Source of the DNA: Basidiobolus meristosporus CBS 931.73
Taxonomy: Eukaryota; Fungi; Basidiobolomycota
DNA length: 64,000 nt
Reading direction: 5' to 3'
Assembly: GCA_002104905.1 (NCBI GenBank)
Contig: MCFE01000236.1
Coordinates: 1-64,000, forward strand
Notes under the pieces: model-generated
Databases searched by the model: none
Seen by the model: the letters and a program-made list of their open reading frames with translations, nothing else
Told to the model about the DNA's origin: nothing
Shown here: positions 12,870 through 26,016 of the stretch, piece by piece
Position numbering within the stretch: position 1 is the first letter of the stretch
Layout: the number at the start of each line of letters is the position of its first letter
Position numbers and translations under genes: made by a program

Positions 12870-13939
12870 ATGACTAGAAAAACTCAACTCAATATTGTCT
12901 TGGATCAAGATACCTTCTACAAAGGCTACAACGGAACCGGCGATCACATCCTCAGTGGAACCTTGATATTTGCTCCAAACTCCACTATCAAAGTGAACAA
13001 AATCAGTCTTCAATTCGAGGGAAGATACACCGTTGCTACCACTTCAGGTAATTATTCACATTTGCGTCATTCGTTTGGTCCCGTTCTCTAACGTTAAACC
13101 TTATCATAGATATTCGTAAGAATGAAACAATCTTCTACCGCAAGGAATGGTCCTTCCTTAACACTGCTACCAGCCAAACATTTAAGAGCGGCCAGATTAA
13201 CACTTACGACTTCACCCTGGCCATGCCTAGGGATTTGCCCGAGAGCGTAAAGTCTGAATCTGGATCAATCCAATACAAATTCAAGGCTGTGGTTGACACA
13301 ACCTTGTTGTACTCCAAACTCAAGGCGGAGAAGCCTGTCCATATTTGGCGCTACGCTGATTCTCTGCTGACCCCCCGCCATATCACTCACTTGGAGCAAG
13401 AATGGGAGAACAAATTATCCTGTCAATTTACCATTCCAAACCTGCGATTCTCTCCTGGAGACGAGTTTCCGCTACAATTGCAACATGAGATCACGGACAA
13501 CACGAGGCTGGACAAAATACTCCTCGCGGCTTGTCTATTAAAGCAACGTATTGTATACAAGTCCCCGAAGAATCCAAACCAGGTGGTCAGAGTGGCCGAA
13601 AAGAAGCTGGACATGAGCTGCGTTTGGTTCCGCGAAGAGCGAGTAAATAACCAGAAAGTTCTCATGGTTAAAATCCCCTCCTCGCTCAAGGTTTATGATT
13701 CCAACAACGAGTATATCGAAGTGTCCCACCGACTTGAAATCCGTATTGATGTCAGCTTCAAGGGAAAGTTGTCCAGTGCTCACTTTGAGCTCCCTATTCT
13801 TGTGGCATCGCCAAGTCTAGGTGCTGACGAAGAGTTGCCTAGCTATACTGTTGTACCATCGCCACCATCTTATGAGTGCTCCATGGAAACTGCCTTGGCT
13901 CCTCCTCATTACTCTACCATCGTCAACACTGCTGCTTGA
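12870..13939 (+). CDS. Alpha-arrestin (arrestin N/C domains with C-terminal PY motifs)
   Basis: LSGTLIFAPNSTIKVNKISLQFEG; YDFTLAMPRDLPESVKSESGSIQYKFKAVV; HRLEIRI; tail LPSY, PPSY, PPHY. One intron at ~13048-13109. TATAAATA at 12819-12826. Confidence 0.85.
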
Positions 13940-14385
13940 ATACCTCACACCCTCATCAACTATACATACATAGAGCATGTCCATTTGGACCATAGATATA
14001 GATATTGTAACATAGAATAATAAAAAAATACTCATGTTGATCATACTTTTTCCAAGTCCCTTCACTTTTTGACCATTCTAGGAATGTTCATTCCTTCCAT
14101 ACGTTCTACGCCCCTCGATTTAGAAAGGGATCTTGAACGAAATTTACTTGATTCGGTCAATTTCGCCCAGATCGGAGCTGGGAAACGTTTTAATTTATAC
14201 ATTAACTAGTATGACATTTGTTACATAAATGAAAAAGAAATCAAATGCCGATGGTTCATATTGGGTAGCCTCAAGCCTCGAGCCACGTTTTGCTGGTTCA
14301 ACCTTTGGGCGGTGATATTAATGATGAGTAATGAAGGTCGCTTGAATGGCGATAGAGCGGCTTATTCTAGGGAAGAACCACTTCC

Positions 14386-17300
14386 TTAGAAATTTCCTTG
14401 CGGCGGTCGCTGCTGTTGAGGGTAGCCATTCCATTGGTCAAGGTGGGGTGGGGGTTGTTGGTGGTATTGCTGTTGCGGAGGGGGAAGTTGCTGGCCTTGT
14501 GTTACAGCTTGAGGTTGATATTGATTACCTACAAGTTGTTGTGGTGACGTCCCTTGTTGCCACCCTTGAGGGGGTGGATTTACGTAACCACTGGGGCCTT
14601 GAGGTGGTGAAGGGTTATAAACCTGTGGCTGATAGCCGTGTGGATTTGGTGCGGTTTGGAATTGTTGCTGAGGGTTTGAAGGTTGATATTGTTGGGCAGG
14701 TATTTCATAACCTTGTGCATGACGTTGTGGATAATTGGCATAATTATGTTCTTGCTGTTGTTGTTGGAGCTGTTGTTGATATTGGGGAGGTTGCTGGACT
14801 ACTTGGCCGGTTGGTCTTCCTTGGTAAGCATATTGCTGCTGTTGTTGTCCAATTGGGGCTTCTCTCAACCTTGGGTCTTGAGTAGGTTGTTGATTTTGGG
14901 GCTGTCCGTGATACTGTTGATACTGTACCTGCTGTGGTTGATAGCCTTGTTGGGGTGGAATCTGTGACGTAGACACGTAGGAATTATCAGAACCACCAGA
15001 CACTGTAGCAGGATTAGGTGGCTGATAAGGGGATGAGACAACTTGCGCAGTTGGCCCATTGCCGTAAGTATATTGGGGATGCGAATTTTGACTTCCTTCA
15101 TGATACATATTTGGACGTGCATGTTGTTGCGGTGGCTGTTGAAATGACTGTTGTTGTAATGCTGGATTGTATTGAGACTGTTGAGTACGTGGATCATAGT
15201 ACTGCTGAGGATCAGGCCTTGGGGCAGCTTGGTTGTCGAAGCCTTGATACTGAGGTTGTTGAGGGGGCGGGCTACGAATGGGTTGACCGGCTGGATTCAT
15301 TTGCTGGCCTTGAGGCGATTGCTTTAACTGCAAATCATAATTAGATGGTTGTCGCTGTAATCCCGGCTGTCCCTGAGCTGGAATAAGCGCAGACCCACCA
15401 TAGCCTGGATATTGGTTAGGTTGAGGATTTTGATTAGGGTATTGTTGTTGGACCGGTTGTGGGGGACTGGGATTATATTCCTGACGTGGCGGCAAATTTT
15501 TCTGATATTGCTGCTGAGGCTGCCATCCATGTGTGTTTGCCTGGGGGCTGGTGAGATTCTCTTGAACCTGTGTCTGCTGTTGTGGATATCCATACCCAGC
15601 TGCACCGGAATAATTCTGAGGTTGTGCCGCCTGCATGGATGGTTGTTGATGCTGTGGTTGCTGTTGTTGGTATGGGGATTGACCGTAGGTGTACTGTCCC
15701 TGGTACACGCCAATTGGGGTTTGGGCGTTGCGGTCAATTACGGGGGATGGCTGTCTAGGCTCAACGATATCCGGAGATTGAATATTTGCATGTGGATGCT
15801 GGGGTGCCGGTTGTCTCGGTCCCCTAGCCTGAGGGTCCTGATTAGCATAAGGAGATGGCTGGTAGCCGCCAGGGATCATGTTGGGCTGACCAGCTGGTCC
15901 ATAGGCTGCATTCATTGGTGGGGGATTTTGGTTCACAGGTGGGAGGTATGAGTTATGGTGATCCGTTTCTGATCCATAGGACGGAGTTCTAGCCATGGGC
16001 GCATGTACATTTTGAGGTGGCGGATAATACGCATTCTGCTCTTTGTCCGAGCCATAGGAAGGCGTTTTACAAACAGGGTTTTGGGCCATGTTAGCGCCCA
16101 GAGCGTTTGGTGGTGGTGAAAAGGTAGGACTGTTGCTAGAGTAATCGGATTGGTTGCTATACCTCGTGGGCACCTGATTAGGTATAGGTGCTTGCATGGG
16201 AGGATGATTGTAGGGCACTTGAGGTCCAGGAGCAGTGGCATAAGAAGTTTGGCTTCTCTCATTGTGAATATTCAGACGATTGACTTGATCATTAAGCTTT
16301 TGGATGGCCGCATCTGCATACATATTTGTCTCTGCAGGATTCATTGAAGGATTTTCAAAACGACGTTGATCACGGTTCCGTGGAACATCTTGGTGTTTCT
16401 CCAGCTGTTCTCTTAATGCTTGATGCCCCCGCTCGGTTTGATTTCCTTCAATCGATTGAAGCAAAGATTGCCTCTCTTGCTCACGATCGTAAACCATCCT
16501 TCTGGCACTGGCGTTAAGATCCATAAGAATATCGTGCAGGTCAGCATAGAACTGGATGCCCTTTCTATAGGTATACACGATTAGATTTAAAAATAAGGGT
16601 CAATAGATAAGCTTGGATTTTACGTACCTTACACCATTCTTGATATCCAAGTAGCCGTTTGCTGCAAGACGAAGTTTGTTGATCACCTCATCTCTCTTAG
16701 CCTCAGCATTATCCCAAATACGCTGAACTCGTTTGGCTTCGGCCCCCTCCATCAAGGCTTTAAAATATCCGGATAACTCTTGAACAGTTGCCTGCTGGTG
16801 TTGAACTGTTACAGCGATGCGATTTTGGTGCCCTTTGAATTTTTCCAACTCAGTGGCGAACAACTGAGATTCGACATTAGGTGATTTTTTGTTCAAGATT
16901 AAAAGGTGGGAGATATCATCATCTTGGATCTGTAGGTTATCAAATGTTAGCTATCGTATAGGGTACTGATAGAAAATAACGCAACATCAACCTTGTTCTT
17001 TAGATCGTCAAGAGTTTCTTGCCTTTCCTTTCTGAACTGTCTTAATCTCTCAATACAGTTTTCAATATTCACTATATTGTCCTCGATTCCGTTGTCCGCG
17101 CCATTATCTGGTAGAGAGCTCTCAACCGAATTAACTCCTCTACCAGAGCCAGACCCAGTAGCACTGGAAACTGCCTCAGCAAACATTTGCTCCAATCTAT
17201 CACTATGCTCTCCTTGGCGAAGTACTTCAATGGAGGCGTGTAGTTCTTCGAATCTTGAAATCAAGGATCTATCAGAAGTGATGGCTTTGTCGAGAGCTTC

Positions 17301-19059
17301 ACGATGGGTTCGGATATCTTGTCTGAAACTAGCTGTAAGTGTACTAGAGGATGTCTGAGTCCAAAGATCTCCAAATTTGACCTGCCGAACGCATTGAATA
17401 TTAGCTCATAATACTGCAATGTAGTAATCAAAATGCACCATACTCGCATAGCTTCGTGATCACGCTGTTCTTGGTCTAGAGAAACTGTGACATCATCCAG
17501 AATCTCCTTGGCTTTACCGCGGAGTCCTTCAAGGGTAGCGACAAGCTCGCCAACCATCCCCCTCTCATTCTCTTCTTGGCTGATCATCCTGGCCCATTCC
17601 TTGACTTCGGGAGTGCTTTGAGCAAGGGAGGAGATGAATTTATCGCCATTCGAATTACTGTTCTTGAACTTTTCGATGGATTGGGGAAGCTGCATGAACG
17701 ATAGAGCGGCATCAAGCTCCCCGTTAGCAAGGTCTACTTTTTCCGTCTCTTTGCGAAGGATTTTTGACTTTTCCTCGGAGTAGAGAGAAGCCGATTCATG
17801 AACAGACAAAGGAATCAATCTTTGGAAAATATCGACTCCAATAACCTTTTGAATTTCGTTAGGGCCGTAAAGCTCAGAAATCGGAATGGGCTTGACAGCG
17901 TTTAACTTGTCAATGGGTTGTAGCACATCAACGTTAGGAATAGTATCATGATAAACCAGATCGTTATCTTTAGTGGCTGACAATAATTTCTCGGAAATGA
18001 TGGTCTGGGATGATTTGGTGATATCTTGGAGGGCGGTTGCAGCATCTGGAGGGATCGATGTTAAGGAAGGCGTAAATCCGTTGGCGAATGTATTCGCTAA
18101 TTTCACAGCTTCTTTGGCATTTGTCTCTGCGTAAGTAAGGCGAGCTACAACTTCGCCGTATTTGTTCTCAGCTTCACATGCTAACGCCTTTTGGTATTGA
18201 GCCATCGCTTGATAATGCTTTTGCTTGGCCTGAACAATTATTTCTTTAGCCATTACCATCTAAATCAAATTATACTTCGTTTACTAGACTTACCTGGCAA
18301 AGCGTGTACCACCAACGACTCAAAGCAGTCTTCGCGACTCCCTCATTCATAGCATCAACAATTGATCCATAAGACCAAGACGCTTGACTTGCCAACTTTG
18401 CGAGAAGTGCATCTTTCTTCTTCTCACTAAGACTTTTTTCGAGGAAACATTCTTGAGCTTGTGAAAGCATAAGCTGAGATAGTATTTTAACGATATCCCG
18501 ACTGAGATCGGTTGAAGGGGCATGGAGAAAATTCTCATTAATATAAGTGAACATTCCAGCTGACGCTTGGAAATTGTTAAAAGCTTGCTTCAGCCCTTCA
18601 GGATCGGAGCGGGCTTGAGAAGAGGCGATTGCGGATAGAGTTGAGGCCATATTGAATATGGTACATGCCTTCTCATAAGCTAGTGAGAACTGGGAAGTGG
18701 CCTTTCCTGTAAAGGAGTCACACCTAAAAAAAGGAAAGACATATTAGGAAGCTGTATGCGACAAAACCTTGATAAGAATATTACCAAGTAAAGGAGATTT
18801 TAATATTATTTTCATCCACTGGAAAGCGCAAGTCGAGCAATTCCAATTGGCCATAATAACGATAGAGCAAATCTCTCCCTGTAGTATCTTTCCCAGCACC
18901 GCGCATGTCTTGGCGCAGTTTATTAATGGTGTTAACTTCCTCCAGATACTTTTCCGGGTCATCTTGATAGTTGCTAGCGATATATTTCTTCAAAGGAGTA
19001 GCCCAATCGACCTCTTCTGTCCGCTTACTAGGGACGTGAATACAAGGAGATTGGATCAT
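14386..19059 (-). CDS. BRO1: Bro1/ALIX-family ESCRT accessory protein (Bro1 domain, V domain, long Q/P/Y-rich tail)
   Basis: KRTEEVDWATPLKKYI..LRQDMRGAG..LLYRYYGQLELLDLRFP; LAYEKACTIFN; AGMFTYINENFLHAPSTDLS; LSQAQECF; SVHESASLYSEEK; YTYRKGIQFYADL. Five or more GT-AG introns. Confidence 0.94.
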
Positions 19060-19948
19060 TATCTTTCGGGTATATAACTTTCTCGAAGACTTTGCCTTTT
19101 CTTGAACTGTATGTGAGAAAAAAGGAATAGAGCTCCTTCTTCAATACGCAACTGTTGTGGAAAATAGAGAAACAAACTGTAACCAAGGTTGACGAACATA
19201 ATGCTAACTCTCCAGCTAATCAGATTGATCCTATTTTGAAACAAATGCTATTACGTGGAAATTATTATGGCATTCGTTTTTATATTCGCCTTCAATGATA
19301 GAACACTCTTCCAATTTAGGGGAATCTAGTAAAGCAGACATGGCCACACGACTTTGTACTTCATGTAAATGCTGATTTGTACACCATATCCCTAGGAAGG
19401 ACACATACTAACACTAGCATCAATTGAGACTAAACAACTAGTTACTACTAATTTCGAACTGTTCCTGAGCTCAAGAATGGAATAAAAAAAGCTTAATTCT
19501 AAAAACTTTATTGATCTGGTGATCATAATGAAATACCAGGTATCCTGATGTTTAGTGAATCTAATCGGTTAGCCATCCCCATGCAGCGGGGAGATTCTGG
19601 CTTCAAAGAAGCGGAATTAGTGGTACTGGGTATAAACTTGTGCAATATGATGATTATACCTTGGGGCTTACGTGTCTACCAAGATAGAATATGCTAGTTA
19701 GATAAACTTGGAATGGTAAATCCTAAGTGAACTAGACCCAGAGTGGACCATTCCCATTTGTCGATCTCCTTTACTGTTATGTGGTATCTTTACAGATACC
19801 TCTACCGTATCGAATACGTCAACAATACTGAACCACGTGATCGAATGATGACGCCAAAGCTTGTATATAACAATGGCAAGCCTGGTAAATCGGGTGAAGT
19901 TAACGAAGGGTTCTTAAATTTCACGCTCATTGAAAGTATAACAGTAAA

Positions 19949-21098
19949 ATGTCTTGGTCCGGAAAAGCAGTTCAAATTGTACAAGCCGAAGACGGTTCGC
20001 CTGACCAGATCATCCTAACTCACCCAGAAGGAGCTACAACAACCATTAGCTTGTATGGTGCTACAGTTACAAGCTGGAAAGTCAAGGATGTTGAAAGACT
20101 CTTCGTCAGGTTGGCTTTAAAAATTGTTGGGTATTTGAGGGATCCTATTCTAATCGACTCTAATTACCTTGTAGCCAAAAAGCCATTCTCAACGGTACTA
20201 AAGCTATTCGAGGCGGGTTAGTATCTATCTATATGCTTTATATGTATCAAGAGCTAATGTTTCATTAACAATAGGATTCCACTCGTATTCCCCAATTTCG
20301 GCAAAGCCGAGGCACCTAATCCAGCCTCAGGTCTCCCACAACATGGATTTGCTAGAGTTACTCGCTGGCAATGGCTTGGAACTGTGGTTGGTGCCGAAGA
20401 TGAAGTTAAAGTCCGCTTTGGTTAGTTAAAGTGTTGACGTTAAAATAACGATGAAAAAACTAACCAATTTCCTACTTAGGTCTGAATGATGTCCAAATCG
20501 GCCCTGATTTCCGAAGCATCTGGCCATTTGCCTTCGAACTTGTTTACACCGTTACCTTGAAAGTTGATACCTTGGAAACTACCTTGACCGTTAAAAACAC
20601 CGAGTCTGCTGAAAGCAAGAAATCCTTCGACTTCACCACCCTACTTCATACCTACTTCCAAGTGCCTGTAAGTTTCCTCGTTTAAACAGACGTCGCTCGA
20701 GTTTACTGATTTTTTTGTCGAACCAGGACGTAACCAAGGCCTCGGTCAGTGGGTTGCATGGCTACAAATATACCGACAAAGTCCAGGGTGTCGAAGCCAG
20801 TGAGGAGCGTTCCACCATTCAAGTCGATTCTGAAGTTGACAGTGTGTACAAGAATGTCACCTCCCTTGAGATAAAGCTTGACGATGGTAACGGAAAGGCG
20901 TTGTTAATCAAGAAGAACAACTTGGATGATACCGTAGTTTGGAACCCTTGGATTGAAAAGGCAAACGGCATGGCTGACTTCGGTGATGATGAGTACAAGA
21001 ACATGATTTGTGTTGAGTGCGGTACTGTTGTCAACCCTGTCAAGTTGAACCCTGGTGAAGTATGGGAGGGTGGACAAGTTATCCAAGCTGCTTTGTGA
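19949..21098 (+). CDS. Glucose-6-phosphate 1-epimerase (aldose 1-epimerase family), multi-exon
   Basis: ISLYGATVTSWK; KAIRGG|IPLVFPNFG; LPQHGFAR; FTTLLHTYF; DTVVWNPWIEKANGMADFGDDEYKNMICVE. Confidence 0.92.
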
Positions 21099-21380
21099 AC
21101 CGATGCAAGCACTGTTGCCTCTCGTTTATGATGACTGGAGAATTTCACATTTATTCATTTGACATCTGCTTTATTTCGTCTCATTCAATGTAGATACCTA
21201 TTTTCAGTGGAAATCTGACTGCCAAATTATAATAAATGAACAATTTACTTCATATAATGAGCAACAAAACTACAAGTAATGCTGTTTGCTAATAATTGAT
21301 AATAATTATCTTGTGCTGAATATAATGGTGTATGGCATCCTAATTTAAATTGAAAGTTTTGTACAAAATATTGGTTTTCT

Positions 21381-24063
21381 CTAGTTCCAAAATTCTTGGA
21401 CTGAATATATATTACGTTGCCACATGTTAGCAGGTAGCCCTTGCTCTCGAAGGTAGGTTCTTTTGCAAAATTCTCGAAGTAGCAGCATTTTCTTAGGTGT
21501 TCTCTCCAACGCAAATTGCAGGTGAGCCTCAAGGGTACGGTTTTGTTCAACCTGTGATACTCTGTGTTCACTCGATGAGGTAGTGACATTCTTAACTGGC
21601 AAAAGTGATATATACAGGTCGTTTAGATTTCGGACTTGAAAGATTTGCTGGAGTATGGCTTCGGAAAATACAAAATGAAAGAATTCCCGGTAAATGAACG
21701 AGCCATTACGAATAAGCAGCTCAGAAACCCATTGGAGTTGCTCAGGCAACTGCTCCTCTACAAACTGAATCAGCACCAAGAGATCCCCTATCAAATCGTG
21801 ATTAAAGCCGCTTTCTTCGATTTCGCTCACATACAAAGCTGTTAGATTTTTTAGACTGCGGCTCAGAAATTCATGCGTAGACACTGGTCGAAGTCGAAAC
21901 TTGGAGGATTGTTCAAGATCGCAGCGTAAGTCACTGAATTCAGGTGCCAATCCCGAATATATTATTGGGAACAGATACTTGCGAGCAATCTGATAGCGGA
22001 TTAGCAACACGCTGATGGGTAAGGCAATTGAAACACTGGTACCTTGTGCTGGCCCATATGTTCGCTAGTCAAGCTAAGCGAATAGAGTAATCGAAAGTGG
22101 TATAGAGGGTGGTATAAGACTGAAGCCCCATCGGTAATCTCGTTTTTCTCTCGCCACCTAGCTTGGCATCTATCTGACAATGTTCGATAAAGACTGTGTG
22201 AATCCGAGTAACGTTTCTATATACAAGAGGCGTTGTGAGAACCACGAAAAGTTTTTGAGATACATATTCGCTCTTACCTCCATCAGATGAATATCCGCTC
22301 TGCACAATAGAATCGCATTCACAATGTGGAAGGGTAAGGACCAATTGTTGAGTACATCTTCCAAGACCCCTTCACCAGTGCTCTCTAGTAGGTTGAGAAG
22401 CTCCTGTGCCTTGCGCAATGTAACAGTGGTCTGCACTGTTAATTTCATGTTATCTATTTGTACAAAGCCATTTAGTTTCTCGGCGGACAATCCATTGACA
22501 TCCAGAACTTTACCCTCTTGTGACGATGTTTGAGCGCTCGCTTCAGTTGGATTGCCTGCCACCGCCCCTTTTGATTTCTGCTTGCTCTTTGTGAATTTAC
22601 CAATTTTGGCTTTCTTGGACTTCTTTTCCTGCTTCGAGGTACCAACCGGGATAGAGCATTCTAATAAATCTCAAGGTTAGACAAGAGCTTCAGGGCATGC
22701 TCCGAACTTGAGCTCACCATTGAGTTTCTCCGGATTGAATATTAATGACTGGTATTCGAAGCATATTTGGGTAAAGCAGGTTGCCAAAAACAGAGATTTA
22801 AAGGGTGGAGGTAAATTCGTCTTATCCAGAAGAACCGACTCTAGGAGAGCATCTGGAAACAAAAGATTGGAGTTCTGATCAGGTTCTATTGTGGCGATTG
22901 TACTAGCAAGATTTGTCTAAATCAGTATTTGTACAAGAAATGCCAGTTTCATGAACTTGAGTCACCATTGTTCGGGAAGAAATCCACATTGTTTGAACAC
23001 ATGTACCATCGATTGATACATAGTTTTCCATTCAATCTGTGCAACATAATAGGCTTGATGAAGTCTCATCCATTGCAGCAATTGCTCATATGACGGTGAG
23101 CTCTGATTGACCGGATCTGCATGGGAATATTTGGCTTTCGGATCACATCGCACTTTGTACATGAAAATTTGGGGCAAAACTCCGTATACTAAAAGGGAGC
23201 TTTAGAAAAACTGGTGCAAATAAACATCAGAAATGTCTTACTAAAGAAGCGCCGGTAAATGTTTACTGGAACCAAGGGCGCATTTTCCTTTTCAGCCCTA
23301 ATCACCAAGTCAGCGGCAATCAACTGGAGAAACAAAAAATCAGAATCTGAGGTACAGCATACGACTTTGTGAGCGTACCCCGTGCTTGAAGGCCAACTCA
23401 GGAAATAAATAGCCAAGATATGCCAATATACGGGCAGCATCAAGTAGTCGGTTCGTTGAGAAGTAGCAGTCTTACAGAGAACTCGTCAGTCAAAAGGAAA
23501 CTGAATAACACACTATATAAACCATAGTACCTGCTACTTCAATCAGCAACTCCTTTTGTATAGCACTCGGCATCCGACGAAATAATTCTTGTATCCCCAT
23601 AGAAAGAATTATCAGTGGTCAACGTGACGGGGGATAAATTATTTGCCAAAGCTTACCTGCTTGGTTTTCGTTCGACCCGAGTAGAACAGAATGCACTATA
23701 TGGCATACTAATTTCTTATACTTCTCCTCGTAGTTGTGTTTCAACCTCCTTGAGAAAAATTAACATCTTAAGTCAGGTCCAATAGTCATGATTACTTACA
23801 GATGAGTCAAAACATGCAACGCTTTCTCGAAGTTTCTTTCGGCAAGGGTTAAATCTAATAACAGTAGCTTCAGAAATGTAAACATCCCGTCAAAAAGTCT
23901 AGTCTGATAAGCTGAGTTAAAGACTAACTTGGACTTCAAAGACTGCATTATATTCATTCACTAGCGGAATGAGCTTCAGTTTAGCTAAATCGGTCACGCC
24001 ATTGTCCAAATCCTTTCTGATATTTTCTAAACAGTAGCGTAAAGTGTTCTCCAGAAGAGGCAT
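21381..24063 (-). CDS. INTS10: Integrator complex subunit 10 homolog (multi-exon; fragmented in ORF track)
   Basis: Spliced translation aligns with recalled human INTS10 at both ends. N-terminal: ELFRRMPSAIQKELLIEVA ~ SLFETLPGRVQCEMLLKVT; LGYLFPELAFKHG ~ LRRFPETVVQHG; PVNIYRRFFIYGVLP ~ PVNCFRKLFVCDVLP. C-terminal: NGSFIYREFFHFVFSEAILQQI ~ [28 protein letters not shown] ~ VLHRFC. The start could also be 24096; middle exons are approximate. Confidence 0.78.
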
Positions 24064-24740
24064 AGTCCTATGGTGAGCATTCAGAAATAGGCTCATTTGA
24101 TGTGAAGGGCTCTTTTAAGAGGGCCGGGAAATTAGGAAAATATCATTATCACTCGCCGATAAAATTGGAGTGCCAGATAAGATCGATCCGACTAAACAAG
24201 CATTAAATTTATAATGCATAATCTGAATCTGTAATCTGATATGGCAAGTTGTGTCCTCATAATGGAAATTTCCTGCCTGCTTACAAACCACGTCACACCA
24301 GTGGGCTCCCACCTAAAAACTATTTAATACTGACTCATAGCAGCGGCTTACATAACCAATGTCTGAAACAGATGAGAAATAGAAAAATTAGAAACAGGTT
24401 TTCACACCACATCAGAACTATATGACAAATATACGACATGGTAGTACTGGATCCTCATTTGTTAAGGATAGTCTACTCACCCTTTCTTACATCTCTCAAA
24501 TGGTATTACGTCTTCAGATGTGATACCAGCTATAACCCTAACCCTTAGGGAAGTCCAATAAGATCCACGATCACACCCAATTGTTCCGAATCTACCCCAT
24601 CGGAGAAAATAAATGGAAATGAGATCAGGACCGTTTATCAAAAAGGACACTTGGATGTATTACATAATTAAGACAAACAAAACTAGTTAAAATATTTGAG
24701 ATCAATCATCATGAAATATCATGGTGTGAATAATGTGGGA

Positions 24741-26016
24741 TTAGGCATCAGCCTTGAACTGGATCTCGCGGCTATCATTAATTGCACCTACAACCTTGCT
24801 CTTCTTGATGGAAGCATTGTAATTGCGGCAGTCGTTGGAGACCTGGATCTTGGGAATGGCAACGCATTTTCCAATCACCTCGGAATCAATGTTCAATTTG
24901 GCGTATACGTTAGCATACCGGCCACCATTCTTGGAAGCGAAGGCTTGTTGTGCGTAGTAGATTTGCATAAGGGCAAAGCGAGTAGGGTAGTTTGGATCTT
25001 CAACAAATGGAACAGAAGTGTCAGTGGTATCCTTGAACTCAACATGACCCCAAAGGTCAGGGTTGGTAGGATCATTGGAATATTGTGGAGTCCAGGAGAA
25101 CTGATATTTCGTGGAAACTTCATGGCGTCTCTGTAATGACTGAGTGTTGGCAACCGGTGGAATTCCGAAGAAGAGAGAGGCAGTGCTAGTGGTATTGGAT
25201 TGATCTGGCAGAGGATATACGGAGGTTGGGTTATATCCGGTACGCAAAAAGTTCATGTTTTGGTATGCTGGAACACCTTCTACATCGCGTTTGCTGGAGT
25301 GCTTATTGGACAGGAGGCTCTTGTGGAGCTTCCATTCGACGGACCAAAAGCCTCCTTTGACTTTACTCCATCTTGGGTCATTGACCTTACCATTGGTGAA
25401 CACTTTGTACTCAAATTTAGATTGAATGTCCCATGGCTTGCCCACCCCGTTGTTACTGGGAGGTTTGTCATAAATCAAAGCCTCATACAACCCCAAAGCA
25501 TTCATCTTGATCACCTTTAGATTACGACTGGTGCGATCGGCATCAAGATAGAATTGGAAATCATTGTCGTCCCATTCTAAAACAAATCTTAGTTAATTTG
25601 AAACCCCGTCCACGGCAGCGCGAATTCTTACTTTGCCCTTCGTAATATTTGGTCTTGGCACGAATGACTTCCTCATCGATTTGAGCACCAACGTAAATAT
25701 AGTCCGAATCAAACATAATCTAGATTGCGATTAGTAACCGGCTTTAGGTATCTAGTCGAGATTCATTTACCTTGACGCGAGTGTTCATCATTGAAGGAGG
25801 GGGTGTACCAGCAGGCCCCTGAATATTACCAAAGTTATCAGTCCATGGCACCTTCTGCCAAGCCTCATCATCAAGTTTTCCATCCAGGATAATAGGGCCA
25901 GTAGACCGATAAGATACGTGAGTTTTGGGTGAAGGAACCTTACAGGTGTTATTGCCCAAAGACGAAGCAGCAACACCCAATACTACAAAGGATTGAAGGA
26001 CTTCGGATAATCTCAT
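24741..26016 (-). CDS. Secreted carbohydrate-binding family 9-like (DOMON-like CBM9) protein, three exons
   Basis: Signal peptide MRLSEVLQSFVVLGVAASSLG; IILDGKLDDEAWQKVPWTDNF; NTRVK|IMFDSDYIYVGAQI; DDNDFQFYLDAD; MNALG; WSVEW; C-terminal FALMQIYYAQQAF. Introns at 25720-25770 and 25577-25631. Confidence 0.78.

Noticed and set aside
14346-16517. Many plus-strand V/L/G-rich ORFs opposite the BRO1 tail
   Set aside because: Artefacts of CAA/CAG/CCN-rich codons on the minus strand.
24533-24550. TAACCCTAACCCTTAGGG telomere-like repeat upstream of INTS10
   Set aside because: Only two units. It could be a Tbf1-like site, but nothing in the sequence distinguishes it from chance.
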